IMG/VR virus record: IMGVR_UViG_3300036846_000743
Span: 62,001-126,000 of that record
Strand: one strand, 5' to 3'
Length of the DNA stretch: 64,000 bases
Shown here piece after piece: positions 17,492 through 26,650 of this stretch (positions are counted from its first letter, which is position 1; each line of letters opens with the position of its first letter). The notes beneath the pieces are model-generated. The model had not been told where the DNA came from. It made no database searches and saw only the letters and a list, made by a program, of their open reading frames with translations. A program made the translations under genes and the position numbers.

Positions 17492-20170
17492 TCACACGAT
17501 GATCAGGTAGCCCTGAGATGGGGGCTGCGGATCTGGGTCCTTGAACTTGGGTTGCTCGTAGTCATTCTGGTTATCCTTCCGTGACTTGCTGACCCCATTC
17601 TCGTGGTCGTAGAGGCTGAGATCCATCCTCATGTAGGTATCGTCATCGTCCCACGGCTCCTTGCCGGGATAGGGCATGGTCTCTTCAGATGAACCGCCGG
17701 TGACCGCTGTTTCTTCCCACGTCTTCAATTCCTGGCCGCTGAGCCGGGCCATCTGCTGCCATCGATCCTCGAAGAGCTTGAAGTTCGTGGTGAGATACTG
17801 CTGCGGATTGCGGAAGGTGAAATGGACTGCGCTGATCGTATCGTCATTGCCGGCTCCCTTGTCCGCGTAGAGCCAGTTGGCGAAGATAAGTTGCCAGTTC
17901 TTCGATACAGCGGCCACAGCCTTGGCTTCGTCATCGATAACTGTCTCCAGGTCCTGGATGTCTAGTTCCAGGCTCTCCCCTATGATCGTGCCGACCTTGC
18001 CGTCGTAGTCCTGGGCCAGCGGGCTGCCGAAGTAGCCCGCCACCGACAGGAAGGACTCCAGGGCGAGAATGCCGCCCAGGAAGATGCCCCAGCCCTCGAC
18101 GGAGATCTCCGAGCCGATGATGTTGGACTGGGCCCCCCACACGTGGCTGGTCACGATATTCCCGTCGCTGCCGAAGTTGTCCGTGATCGAATTGGAGACG
18201 TAATTGAGGATCGAGCTGGCCTGCATCGTGATCACCTGCTGGCCCTTGGCGGCGTCGAGAGTGATGGTACCAGGCTGGACATCACCGCCGCCGGTGCGAA
18301 GGTAAATGTTCGTGGCCCAGATGACAGCGTCGCCATGGTCCACCTTGACCTGGAAGCCGCCGCTGCCTACCTCCTCGCCTACCTTGTCCTGGTAGTCGTA
18401 GGCTCCGGGGGCCTTGCACTCGATGAGCACGCCCCCGATATCGCCGGCGTTGCCTCCCAGGAGATGCAAGTTATGTTCGGCCTTGAGCCGCAGGTCCTTC
18501 TTGGTAGTCGACAGGTCCATCGAGTTGTTGGCGCGAAGAATAATGTCGTGGCCGCCCAGGGCATTGAAGTTCCGTCCCGGCTTGGCCCATATATCCCCAG
18601 GGGCAGTCAGGAAAATGTGCCCGCCGCACATCCTGATCTCGGCACCGTAACCATCGCCGAGGACCACTCCGCCATCATCCTGCATGCTCAGATAGGAATG
18701 GTTCGGAAAGTAGCTCACGCCAGGCAAACGATGATCGATCTTCTGCTGAACTGGATCCGGCCGGTTCAGGTAGAAGTTACCGGCCAGATCGCCAAACGTG
18801 ATCGGCGCCTCGACCATCCCGATGAAGGTGTCTTCCTCTTCCGCAATGTTCCAGTCTTTCTTGTGGTAGAAGAACGGGTGCGCGCCCAGCCAGTTGAAGA
18901 CCCAGGCATGGACATCCATGAGGCCGGCGACCTGCTGGAGATGCGGGACCTGCGAGTCGGCCTCGATCTCGCCCGTGATCTTGTGATCCGGGCCGTCGCC
19001 GACCGCGCCAGCAAACTTGTAGTTCTCGTCGGTATCGCCGTTGCCATCCTCGCACCGTTTCATCCGCTTCACTGCCGGGATGGCCGCCCACTTGACGATG
19101 TGAATCGACTTGGCCGATCGCAGCGAGTAACGGCCGTCGACCCCGATGTTCTCCTCGAACAGCGCCAGGTTGGTGTTATCCCCGCTGTAGGTATAGGCAT
19201 CGTCCTGATATGGGGCCTGGATCATCCGCTTGCCGCCTTGCCCCAGGTAGCCCCGGAACTGGAGCGAGCGGTGGAACGGCTGCTGGTCGTCTTCCCCGGG
19301 CTCCCAGGAAGCGTAGTGGGGCTTGCTGATCTGAACTTCCTGTGGCGAGAAGTCCTGGAAGGGATCATCGACCGCGACCATGACGCCGGTCTGTTCCCAC
19401 GGGTAGGGCGTGAAGCCGTCGTAATGATAAACCTCAGCCTGGTCGACAGCGATCTCAGACTCGTGGCCACCCGAGAACGCCTGCATGTTAAACCCGGCCA
19501 GCCGCAGCAGCTGATCGTGATAGAACGCGAAGACACCAGTCGCTTCATCGACGGCTAGCTGGACCATGAACGGATCGAGTAATACCCGCAGCCCGGTCTC
19601 GGTGATCGCGCCCCATTCGCACATTGACATCCCGTCGAATGGCCGGCCGTTGGACCAGTCGGCGATGCCGCCGCTGCTCTCACACCCGAACGGCGTGGAG
19701 TGGGTGTGATCGACCCGCAGGCCACAGCGGCTGGCCTGATGAACGAAGTCTGATAGTGCCAGGTTCGGGGCCGTCATCGCGATGGGAATTACGCCCAGGA
19801 TGATCCCGTAGTCACCAAACGGAGGCCGCAGGACGTAGACCTCGGACCCGGGGGCGATCGAGTTGATCGGGTGGGGACCAAGAGGCATGAGCCCGCCGGC
19901 CGCCAGGGCCGTACAGAGCACCACCCCGGCCTGGCGCTCGAGCATCACGCGGTAGCAGTGGGCGTAGGCGATGACGTCCACGACCCGGCCGCGAAAAATA
20001 GTGGGCCCGAAGCCCATGTTCTTGTAGAGATCGTAAGCAGTCCCCTGAGCGTCATCGATCGAGGACAAGAGCGAGGTGGGAGTGAGCTTCCGGTTCCAGT
20101 CCAGTCCATACGCTGCCTGAGACATCGGCCCGAACAAGGGCCGACGCCCCTGGTTATTCTGCGCCGCCAT
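17492..20170 (-). CDS. VgrG/gp5-like baseplate hub-spike protein (892 aa)
   Basis: N-terminal OB-fold-like RGRVVDV...APGSEVYV; C-terminal beta-helix-like LSMQDDGGVVLGDGYGAEIRMCGGHIFLTAPGDIW repeats. Confidence 0.65.
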   Translation of the reverse strand: MAAQNNQGRRPLFGPMSQAAYGLDWNRKLTPTSLLSSIDDAQGTAYDLYKNMGFGPTIFRGRVVDVIAYAHCYRVMLERQAGVVLCTALAAGGLMPLGPHPINSIAPGSEVYVLRPPFGDYGIILGVIPIAMTAPNLALSDFVHQASRCGLRVDHTHSTPFGCESSGGIADWSNGRPFDGMSMCEWGAITETGLRVLLDPFMVQLAVDEATGVFAFYHDQLLRLAGFNMQAFSGGHESEIAVDQAEVYHYDGFTPYPWEQTGVMVAVDDPFQDFSPQEVQISKPHYASWEPGEDDQQPFHRSLQFRGYLGQGGKRMIQAPYQDDAYTYSGDNTNLALFEENIGVDGRYSLRSAKSIHIVKWAAIPAVKRMKRCEDGNGDTDENYKFAGAVGDGPDHKITGEIEADSQVPHLQQVAGLMDVHAWVFNWLGAHPFFYHKKDWNIAEEEDTFIGMVEAPITFGDLAGNFYLNRPDPVQQKIDHRLPGVSYFPNHSYLSMQDDGGVVLGDGYGAEIRMCGGHIFLTAPGDIWAKPGRNFNALGGHDIILRANNSMDLSTTKKDLRLKAEHNLHLLGGNAGDIGGVLIECKAPGAYDYQDKVGEEVGSGGFQVKVDHGDAVIWATNIYLRTGGGDVQPGTITLDAAKGQQVITMQASSILNYVSNSITDNFGSDGNIVTSHVWGAQSNIIGSEISVEGWGIFLGGILALESFLSVAGYFGSPLAQDYDGKVGTIIGESLELDIQDLETVIDDEAKAVAAVSKNWQLIFANWLYADKGAGNDDTISAVHFTFRNPQQYLTTNFKLFEDRWQQMARLSGQELKTWEETAVTGGSSEETMPYPGKEPWDDDDTYMRMDLSLYDHENGVSKSRKDNQNDYEQPKFKDPDPQPPSQGYLIIV

Positions 20171-20230
20171 TGCAAACCACCTTGCGGTGAGGTTACGGGC
20201 ACAAGGCCCAGAAAGACAGACTGCTAACTG

Positions 20231-20794
20231 CTATGCGACTAACGTACCACCAAAGCCACCAAGCCCGCCGCCACCCGTGTTACTGCCGAAGTCGCCGACG
20301 AGAGCGTTAGCGCCGGCTGTACCGTCGTTGTTTGACATCTGGATGAACATCAGCTGGAGGTTCTCGTTGATCACCATGTCCTGCGCAGCGACGCTGATGC
20401 CGACGCTGGTGAGCACACAGTAGCTGAACTTGAAGTTGCCATTCTTGAACTTGTCGGTCGTGTAGCATCCGGTGCCGATGTAGAGCATGATCGTGTTCTG
20501 GCTGGCGTTGCAGACGTCGCCGAACCGCGAGTAGAACGCCGACATGATCACGCCCGGGCCTACAACCCGGCCAACCGTCATGTTGCCCTGGGTACGGCCC
20601 CCGACGTAGTAGGTCAGGTCCGAGCCAACTTCCCAGAGCCGGGTAACCTGCTGCTGGTAGTTGATGTTGACCTGTTGCACAAGCATCCCCGACCCCAGCA
20701 GATTGCCTGCCTGGCCAGAGAAGGTGAACACCGCACCGTCGGCGGTGAATGCCTTGCCGAACCCATTGGTCGCCTTATTGAAAATGTCAGGCAT
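20231..20794 (-). CDS. Tail tube protein (187 aa)
   Basis: Directly downstream of the sheath; LVQQVNINYQQQVTRLWEVGS...ENLQLMF is typical of contractile tubes. Confidence 0.75.
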   Translation of the reverse strand: MPDIFNKATNGFGKAFTADGAVFTFSGQAGNLLGSGMLVQQVNINYQQQVTRLWEVGSDLTYYVGGRTQGNMTVGRVVGPGVIMSAFYSRFGDVCNASQNTIMLYIGTGCYTTDKFKNGNFKFSYCVLTSVGISVAAQDMVINENLQLMFIQMSNNDGTAGANALVGDFGSNTGGGGLGGFGGTLVA

Positions 20795-20851
20795 TTCTGC
20801 TCAACCTCCGTGTCGTGGAAGCGGGTCAGGCACCCGCAGGTTGTGGTCCTG

Positions 20852-23632
20852 TTAGACGACCAAGTGAATCTCAAGGTTGTTCATCGGGTAGGGCAGCGTG
20901 ACATCGATGACGCACACGACCCGATCCGCGAGGATGGCGTGTTTCTGAAGGGTGATGATCGTGGCGTCGACCAGCTGAGCACCCAGTCGCGGGACATACC
21001 CGTTGGACTTCAGGAAGTCGATGCACGACTCGATCTCGGTACCGAGCACCAGCAAGGCCGTCGGCGTGACGTTCATCCGGCCGATATAGATCGCCAGCCG
21101 CTGCTGGAACAGGTACGAGATCGAATCCAGGTTGGACGTGACCATCTCCTCGGACGAGTTCACGTCGGTGTTGTCGGTGGTCAGCGCATGCCGGTTGTAG
21201 ACCGTCCCGTCCGGGGCCTGCGTCACGATCCAGGTCCCGGCGCCAGCCATGGTGTTGAGCTGAGCACCACCCAGGAAGTTGGTGGTGCGAGTCAGATCAT
21301 CAAAGCCCGCCACCGCGACATTGGTCAGGCCCTGATGCGGGACGACGCCCGATCGCAGGCCGGCCAGCGCCGCAGCCAGGTAATAGCCCTCCTGAAGAAT
21401 ACCACCGGAACCAACGACGTCGGGCCAGACTGCCTTCACGCGACGGCTGCTGAAGCTGCCGGCCTGCTGGGCGAGATCCTGAGCGATCTCGTCCTTGTTC
21501 AGGAAACGCCAGACTTCCATTTTCTGGGCCACCGTCACCGGCTGATCGGGCCCGGCCATGAGCAGAAGCGAATCCTCGTTGAGCACCTCGTCGATGACGT
21601 ATTCATCGAAGATCTCGTTGCCGCCACTATCGATCCCGTAATTGGTCCGGACCACATCGCCGGGCCGGACCAGATTGGCCAGGAAGTTGGAATTACCGGC
21701 GGGTACAGTCAGCAAGGTGAACTGATTGCCGCTGGCATTTGGATTGTCGGCAATCTCGGCCATGACGACGGTGCCGTCCGCCGAGGTCGCATCGGAGACA
21801 ACTGCATCCTGGCTATTGGCCTTGATCGAGCAGAACACCGCGCGCCAGTGAGCTTGTTCTGCCGCTGACTCGTCCTGGACGTGAGCCGCATACAGATCGA
21901 TGATATTGCGATCGAACGTCAATGGCACCAGGTTGTAGACGTCGTCGCGGCCGATCAGGAGTGACAGGCATGCAACCCAGCTATCGATGTCATCGGGATT
22001 GGCGATAGCCGTGAACTTCACCTCGGTGCCATTGGCGTTGGCGAGCGCCTTGTAGACGCCCCACTTGAGCGGGTTGTCGGGCGAAAGCGGGCCAGGGATC
22101 ATCGTGTCCAGATCGCCAACGTCGAAGATCGTGCCGACCTGGCTGGCTAGATCAGGGATCCAGGCACGATACTCGAGATAGACCAAGCCGGACTCGACCG
22201 GCAAAGGCCGCGGCTCGCCGCCGGCAGTGAACGTCTCGTCATAGGCTTCGACGCCGCCGTGAATGATGACCTGGGTATCTTCCTGCTCCCAGTTAGTGAT
22301 ACCATCGACCGTCTCGTCGACCATGATGTTGCGTTCGACGGAGAGGGTCAGGTCGAGATCGGTTGCCGGCGTCGGGGTCCAGAGCTGTGCCGGCAGGTTG
22401 TTGCCCAGGACTAGCGTGGACATACGGCCATCTTGCGCAGCGAGGACCTGGATATAGAAACGATCACCCTTGCGGATGCCAGCGCCGGCCGTGAAAAGGA
22501 TCGTCACGCCCTGTGTGCCGACCGGGTAAGGGCTGCCCAGAGTCGAGGTAGTTACCGGCAGCGGCTGGCTGCTATCGGTGCCGTGGATGGTGATAGCACG
22601 GAACTGCGGGCAGGCCGTGAGATCGTCACTGATGGTGCCGCCCCTGCTGAACTCGATCACGTAGGTCGTCGACTGGGTGCCACGATACACACCGCCCGAC
22701 ACGGCAGTTATGGTCGTGTAGTCGTCATTGACTTCGATCTCCCAGGCTTCACCGGCGAGTAAATTGGTGCCGCCTGTCGTCGTGAATGTCAGTGCCAGCC
22801 CGCGACGTCCCACCGGGAAGGACGTGCCGGAAGCTGCTGGAGATACCGCCGCGACATCGTCGTAGCCGCTGGCGGTCGTGATTCTCAGCGAGGCGGTTGT
22901 CAGGTCTCCGCCGACCGATGAATTGATCACTGTGACCGTGTAGGTATCGACCAGCACGCCGTCAGCCAGGGCACTGTAGTTGGTGGTACTAGCCGTCGGC
23001 ATGATCGTCGGCGGCGGAGTGCCGAGGCCGGTAACGACAGCACTGGCCGTCTGAGTCTGCCCGTTGGTCGGAGGCGAGTCTTCGGTCACCGGATCAACAG
23101 TTGCGCCGATCGGATCGGCCAGAATAGCTGTGACATAGCTGTCGATCGTGTAGCTCGTGCTCGATACCACACCGCGGATATGCACCCGGTCGCCTGGCTG
23201 CACATCGCGATCGTAGAGCGCAGGGTGTCGCGGATAACTGGCGCCGTTGGCCTCGAAGCCGTAGATCGAACCCTTGAGATTGATCTGATTGGCTGCCGTC
23301 GGCACCACGGTGACGGCGCCGGCAGCGTCACCGGACGCGGGAAGATCAACGCCGATCTTCTTCACGAAATACTGGAGCATCGCCTTGTCGATGTAGACCT
23401 TGGTGTAGCTCTGGTCGATGACTCCACCCGGAGGCCGCTGGGGCCATCCAGCAACGAGATCGTTGAGCGGATCGTACGCACCCACGTAGGCGAGCAGCTT
23501 CTCGTTGGGGTCTGCGTATCGGAGCAGGAATGCGTGCGGCCCTGAGATGTGTGCCCGCAGCTGGGTGATCAGCGCGGTCGGGACGACATCGAATTCCTGG
23601 AAGACAAGAACCTGCGGCAGAATGTAGGCCAT
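20852..23632 (-). CDS. Tail sheath protein (about 926 aa; start re-placed to MAYILPQV)
   Basis: N-terminal YILPQVLVFQEF; C-terminal sheath core (YNLVPLT, AAALAGLRSGVVPHQGLTN, EEMVTSNLDSI, VTLPYPMNNLEIHLVV); followed by the tube gene. Confidence 0.85.
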   Translation of the reverse strand: MAYILPQVLVFQEFDVVPTALITQLRAHISGPHAFLLRYADPNEKLLAYVGAYDPLNDLVAGWPQRPPGGVIDQSYTKVYIDKAMLQYFVKKIGVDLPASGDAAGAVTVVPTAANQINLKGSIYGFEANGASYPRHPALYDRDVQPGDRVHIRGVVSSTSYTIDSYVTAILADPIGATVDPVTEDSPPTNGQTQTASAVVTGLGTPPPTIMPTASTTNYSALADGVLVDTYTVTVINSSVGGDLTTASLRITTASGYDDVAAVSPAASGTSFPVGRRGLALTFTTTGGTNLLAGEAWEIEVNDDYTTITAVSGGVYRGTQSTTYVIEFSRGGTISDDLTACPQFRAITIHGTDSSQPLPVTTSTLGSPYPVGTQGVTILFTAGAGIRKGDRFYIQVLAAQDGRMSTLVLGNNLPAQLWTPTPATDLDLTLSVERNIMVDETVDGITNWEQEDTQVIIHGGVEAYDETFTAGGEPRPLPVESGLVYLEYRAWIPDLASQVGTIFDVGDLDTMIPGPLSPDNPLKWGVYKALANANGTEVKFTAIANPDDIDSWVACLSLLIGRDDVYNLVPLTFDRNIIDLYAAHVQDESAAEQAHWRAVFCSIKANSQDAVVSDATSADGTVVMAEIADNPNASGNQFTLLTVPAGNSNFLANLVRPGDVVRTNYGIDSGGNEIFDEYVIDEVLNEDSLLLMAGPDQPVTVAQKMEVWRFLNKDEIAQDLAQQAGSFSSRRVKAVWPDVVGSGGILQEGYYLAAALAGLRSGVVPHQGLTNVAVAGFDDLTRTTNFLGGAQLNTMAGAGTWIVTQAPDGTVYNRHALTTDNTDVNSSEEMVTSNLDSISYLFQQRLAIYIGRMNVTPTALLVLGTEIESCIDFLKSNGYVPRLGAQLVDATIITLQKHAILADRVVCVIDVTLPYPMNNLEIHLVV

Positions 23633-23680
23633 CGCTATCGGAGCCTCCATGCAGATCGAACGATGTACTCAGTCCATTGT

Positions 23681-24370
23681 TTATCCGGCCCCAGGGTTGC
23701 AAGCCCCGCAGAGCCAGCCGCCAAGATCCGTTGGCGAGAACATATTCGCCGATAGCACAAACCGCTTCAGCTTGGGCACATCTTGCTCGATGTCCCATGA
23801 CAGGTCTGAAGCGTACGCGACGGTAACTGGAACGGCGTAGTTCTCCGTCGACTCTTGTAGCTCACTGACCGGACCTAACTCTGAAACGGTGAACCGTTTC
23901 AGACCCAGCGTCCGGCGGATGAGAGAACCGAAACCTAGCAACTCTCGGAACACTTCAGCACCGAGGATCTCGACCTCGCCGCCTTCACCTGCCAGACAGA
24001 AGATGGTGTGAGAGCCACGCATTATCGTGTAATAATGCTCAAAGCCATCTGCCATGGGAGTCAGCCGATCGTCGATGGCGAGACGCTCGGGTTGCCATGC
24101 GTTCCGCTTGATGATGACCGCCGGCCGTTTTTCAACGGCCTGGGGTTTCCAGTCCGTAATGCTCGCGATCAGGATACCATTTCTGGTGTTAGCTCTCCAG
24201 AGAATGTCTCGCAACTCCGGATGCTCGATGTTCTCACGTGTAGCAAAGTGATCCCCCAGCCATTGGAGCAGGAAGCCGGTCATCAGGATTGGCGTGAGGC
24301 CAAATGAGCACGGGCTCGAGAAATGCTCGACCTTCAGCTCAGGATTGCCGTTTGAAGGGGTTCCGTTCAT
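23681..24370 (-). CDS. Putative tail terminator/completion protein
   Basis: Immediately upstream of the sheath; KRPAVIIKRNAW and YAVPVTVAY patterns; start uncertain (24370 ATG or 24403 TTG). Confidence 0.55.
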   Translation of the reverse strand: MNGTPSNGNPELKVEHFSSPCSFGLTPILMTGFLLQWLGDHFATRENIEHPELRDILWRANTRNGILIASITDWKPQAVEKRPAVIIKRNAWQPERLAIDDRLTPMADGFEHYYTIMRGSHTIFCLAGEGGEVEILGAEVFRELLGFGSLIRRTLGLKRFTVSELGPVSELQESTENYAVPVTVAYASDLSWDIEQDVPKLKRFVLSANMFSPTDLGGWLCGACNPGAG

Positions 24371-24432
24371 CGCGCTTGGCTTCCCTGCCTCCGGGTTCGC
24401 CAAGGAGCTTGTCGATCAGCTCCCGGTTTGGC

Positions 24433-25365
24433 TCATAGCTCATCATGCCCTTGGGCGTTATTCTCGGCAATAAGCGACCGCCCCGCCATGGCTGGGATTG
24501 GCTGGGGGGCCACGATGCAATGTCCTCTGGGTTGCTCACGGGTTAATGGAACCTCCACAGTGTAGATGACATCGCTGAATGGTGCCAGTCGCAACTCGGC
24601 CTGGGAGACCAACGGCACCATGCCGATCTCGGCCACATGCTTGACTCGATGGAAGTAGAACCGCAGATCGGACTGGTCGGCCACGAACCCATCCCAATGG
24701 GCCACCGGCGGGTCATGAATGATCCGGGCTTGCCGAACCAGCGAGTCATCGTCGATGGTACCACGCTCCTGGACCTCGTCGCGCTGCTCGTAGAGCCCGC
24801 CGGGCTCGGAATCCAGATCATAGGGTACAGGCGAATAGAAGCCGCCCAGGAACTCGGTCCCGACGGTAGCGGGATCGGTTGTCTTCGTGATCTCGCCGGT
24901 CAGATAGTCGGTGACCGAGTTCATGCGATCGGTCGGATCGGGGATGTCGCCGCGACGCTTCCGCTTGAGCAGCCAGCCTTTGACGACGCCCGCGACCTGG
25001 AACCGCAGCCGCTCCTTCTTGATGATCAGGCGGGCCTTGACCCATTGCTTGCTTTGCAGGGTACCGAAGACGCCCTGGGGTTGCGAGACATAGATACCCA
25101 CAGGCGTCATAAGCTGGACCCGGAAATGGGTCGTCAGATTGCGGCCGCCCGTCAAGACGGGATCGACGGTGATGGTCCACCAGTCAGGCAGCCAATCGGT
25201 CAGATTGTCCCACTCCGATGTCGACACGCCTGTATCGGAGACCTGCAACAGGAACTGCCATGGCTCGGGATCGCAGAACCAAGGTGCGATCTCCCAGGTT
25301 ATCCGGGTCTGGCCCAGAACCATGTGATCGATACGCAGCCGTTTGAAAACCGGATCTCGCATCAT
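24433..25365 (-). CDS. Putative head closure/neck protein
   Basis: TAATG overlap with the upstream stop; sits between the adaptor-like gene and the terminator. Confidence 0.55.
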   Translation of the reverse strand: MMRDPVFKRLRIDHMVLGQTRITWEIAPWFCDPEPWQFLLQVSDTGVSTSEWDNLTDWLPDWWTITVDPVLTGGRNLTTHFRVQLMTPVGIYVSQPQGVFGTLQSKQWVKARLIIKKERLRFQVAGVVKGWLLKRKRRGDIPDPTDRMNSVTDYLTGEITKTTDPATVGTEFLGGFYSPVPYDLDSEPGGLYEQRDEVQERGTIDDDSLVRQARIIHDPPVAHWDGFVADQSDLRFYFHRVKHVAEIGMVPLVSQAELRLAPFSDVIYTVEVPLTREQPRGHCIVAPQPIPAMAGRSLIAENNAQGHDEL

Positions 25366-26594
25366 TAGCAGTGGTGCCACCCGTAGTCAGAACCAAGCTC
25401 GGCCCAGCCCTGATCAAGATTCATCGAGATCTTCTTCTGCTGGGCCCATTGCCGGTACTCTTGCCAGTAAGCCTGGGCCGCCTGCTCGTACTGCTGAGCC
25501 TTCTGGCCGTGCTCGTCGAACGAGACGCCGCCAGCCGAATAGGCCGCCTGGTTCCTGCGATGCCACTCGGCGGCGATCCAGAAGAGCTGGGCCTTGGCGC
25601 CCCGCTTCCACCAGTACCTGTACGGGAAATTCTGCGTGGTATAAGAACCGATCGGCGGCAGCGACTCGTTCCAGTAGTCGACGACGTTGCGCAGCGCCAC
25701 AGCAATCTCGCTGTTGTCGAAGGCCACCGAGTCGTCGAGTAGATCGTTCTCGAGCGGAGAGCTATCCCGTAACTCCAGGCGCATCTCGGCCAGGCTGGGC
25801 GGTCCATGCCACTGGTAGTTCATGCCGAAGAGGCTTTCCTGGACATACAGGTAGAACTGGTTCTGGGCGGCGACGCAATCACCCGCAGCATCGAAGACGG
25901 CCATCTCGGCAACGTAAATGCCAGGCCCACCCAGCTGCGAAGGATCGATCTGGGCGACCATCAGCCCGGAGGCCGGGTCCGATGCGGTAGCCGGATAGTT
26001 GACGACGTAGTTGTAACAGTCGGGCGCAATATTAAGTGAACCCAGGACTTGGGCTGGATCGCCAGCCTCACACCCACTCAGATCGATCGGGCAGCCATCG
26101 CTGTCCACCATGATCCAGGCGATGGACGGGCACGGGCTAGACATGACCGTAACCGTCCTGAGCCTGGGCGTCACCGGCAGCGAATCCACCGTGCCGATAA
26201 CCGGCACGGCTGGAGGAGCTTCGCAATTCTCCAGGTAAGACGACGACCTGGCGAAGACGGGCGGTGGAGTCACGCGCGCCCGGGGAACAGCCCGGCGAAC
26301 CGGCGAGGTTCTCTTCACGGCGGCTGCCGTGCCGATCAGGATCGCGCCTTGCTCGGGCGTGACGTTGAAGGCAACAGTCTGCGGGCTGGGCCCACCCGTG
26401 TCCCAGACCAGCTGGCCACGGAAATGGCTGGGGTAGTCGACGACCGCACCGTACTGGCCGCTGCCCAGGTCCTCGATCCCCTGGGAGATTCGTGGGCCGA
26501 TCGGCTTGCCAGCCTTCACCAGTGTATAGCCGACGGCTCTCAGGCCAGCCTTGGCCGGTCCGAAGTCAACCCGCGTGTATGGTTCAAAAGCCAT
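25365..26594 (-). CDS. Putative head-tail adaptor/neck protein with Ig-like N-terminal domains (409 aa)
   Basis: C-terminal LRDSSPLENDLL...FDNSEI...AEWHRRNQAAYSAGGVSFD...YEQAAQ is adaptor-like; position before neck and sheath. Confidence 0.6.
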   Translation of the reverse strand: MAFEPYTRVDFGPAKAGLRAVGYTLVKAGKPIGPRISQGIEDLGSGQYGAVVDYPSHFRGQLVWDTGGPSPQTVAFNVTPEQGAILIGTAAAVKRTSPVRRAVPRARVTPPPVFARSSSYLENCEAPPAVPVIGTVDSLPVTPRLRTVTVMSSPCPSIAWIMVDSDGCPIDLSGCEAGDPAQVLGSLNIAPDCYNYVVNYPATASDPASGLMVAQIDPSQLGGPGIYVAEMAVFDAAGDCVAAQNQFYLYVQESLFGMNYQWHGPPSLAEMRLELRDSSPLENDLLDDSVAFDNSEIAVALRNVVDYWNESLPPIGSYTTQNFPYRYWWKRGAKAQLFWIAAEWHRRNQAAYSAGGVSFDEHGQKAQQYEQAAQAYWQEYRQWAQQKKISMNLDQGWAELGSDYGWHHC

Positions 26595-26650
26595 GAAGTA
26601 AGCCTCCGTGCCGCTTCGATCCTATCCTTCTGGTCCTGTTTGGTCCACTC

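Noticed and set aside
809-23632. Extracellular contractile injection system or T6SS instead of a phage
   Set aside because: Capsid, protease, scaffold and neck genes are co-linear with the tail genes.
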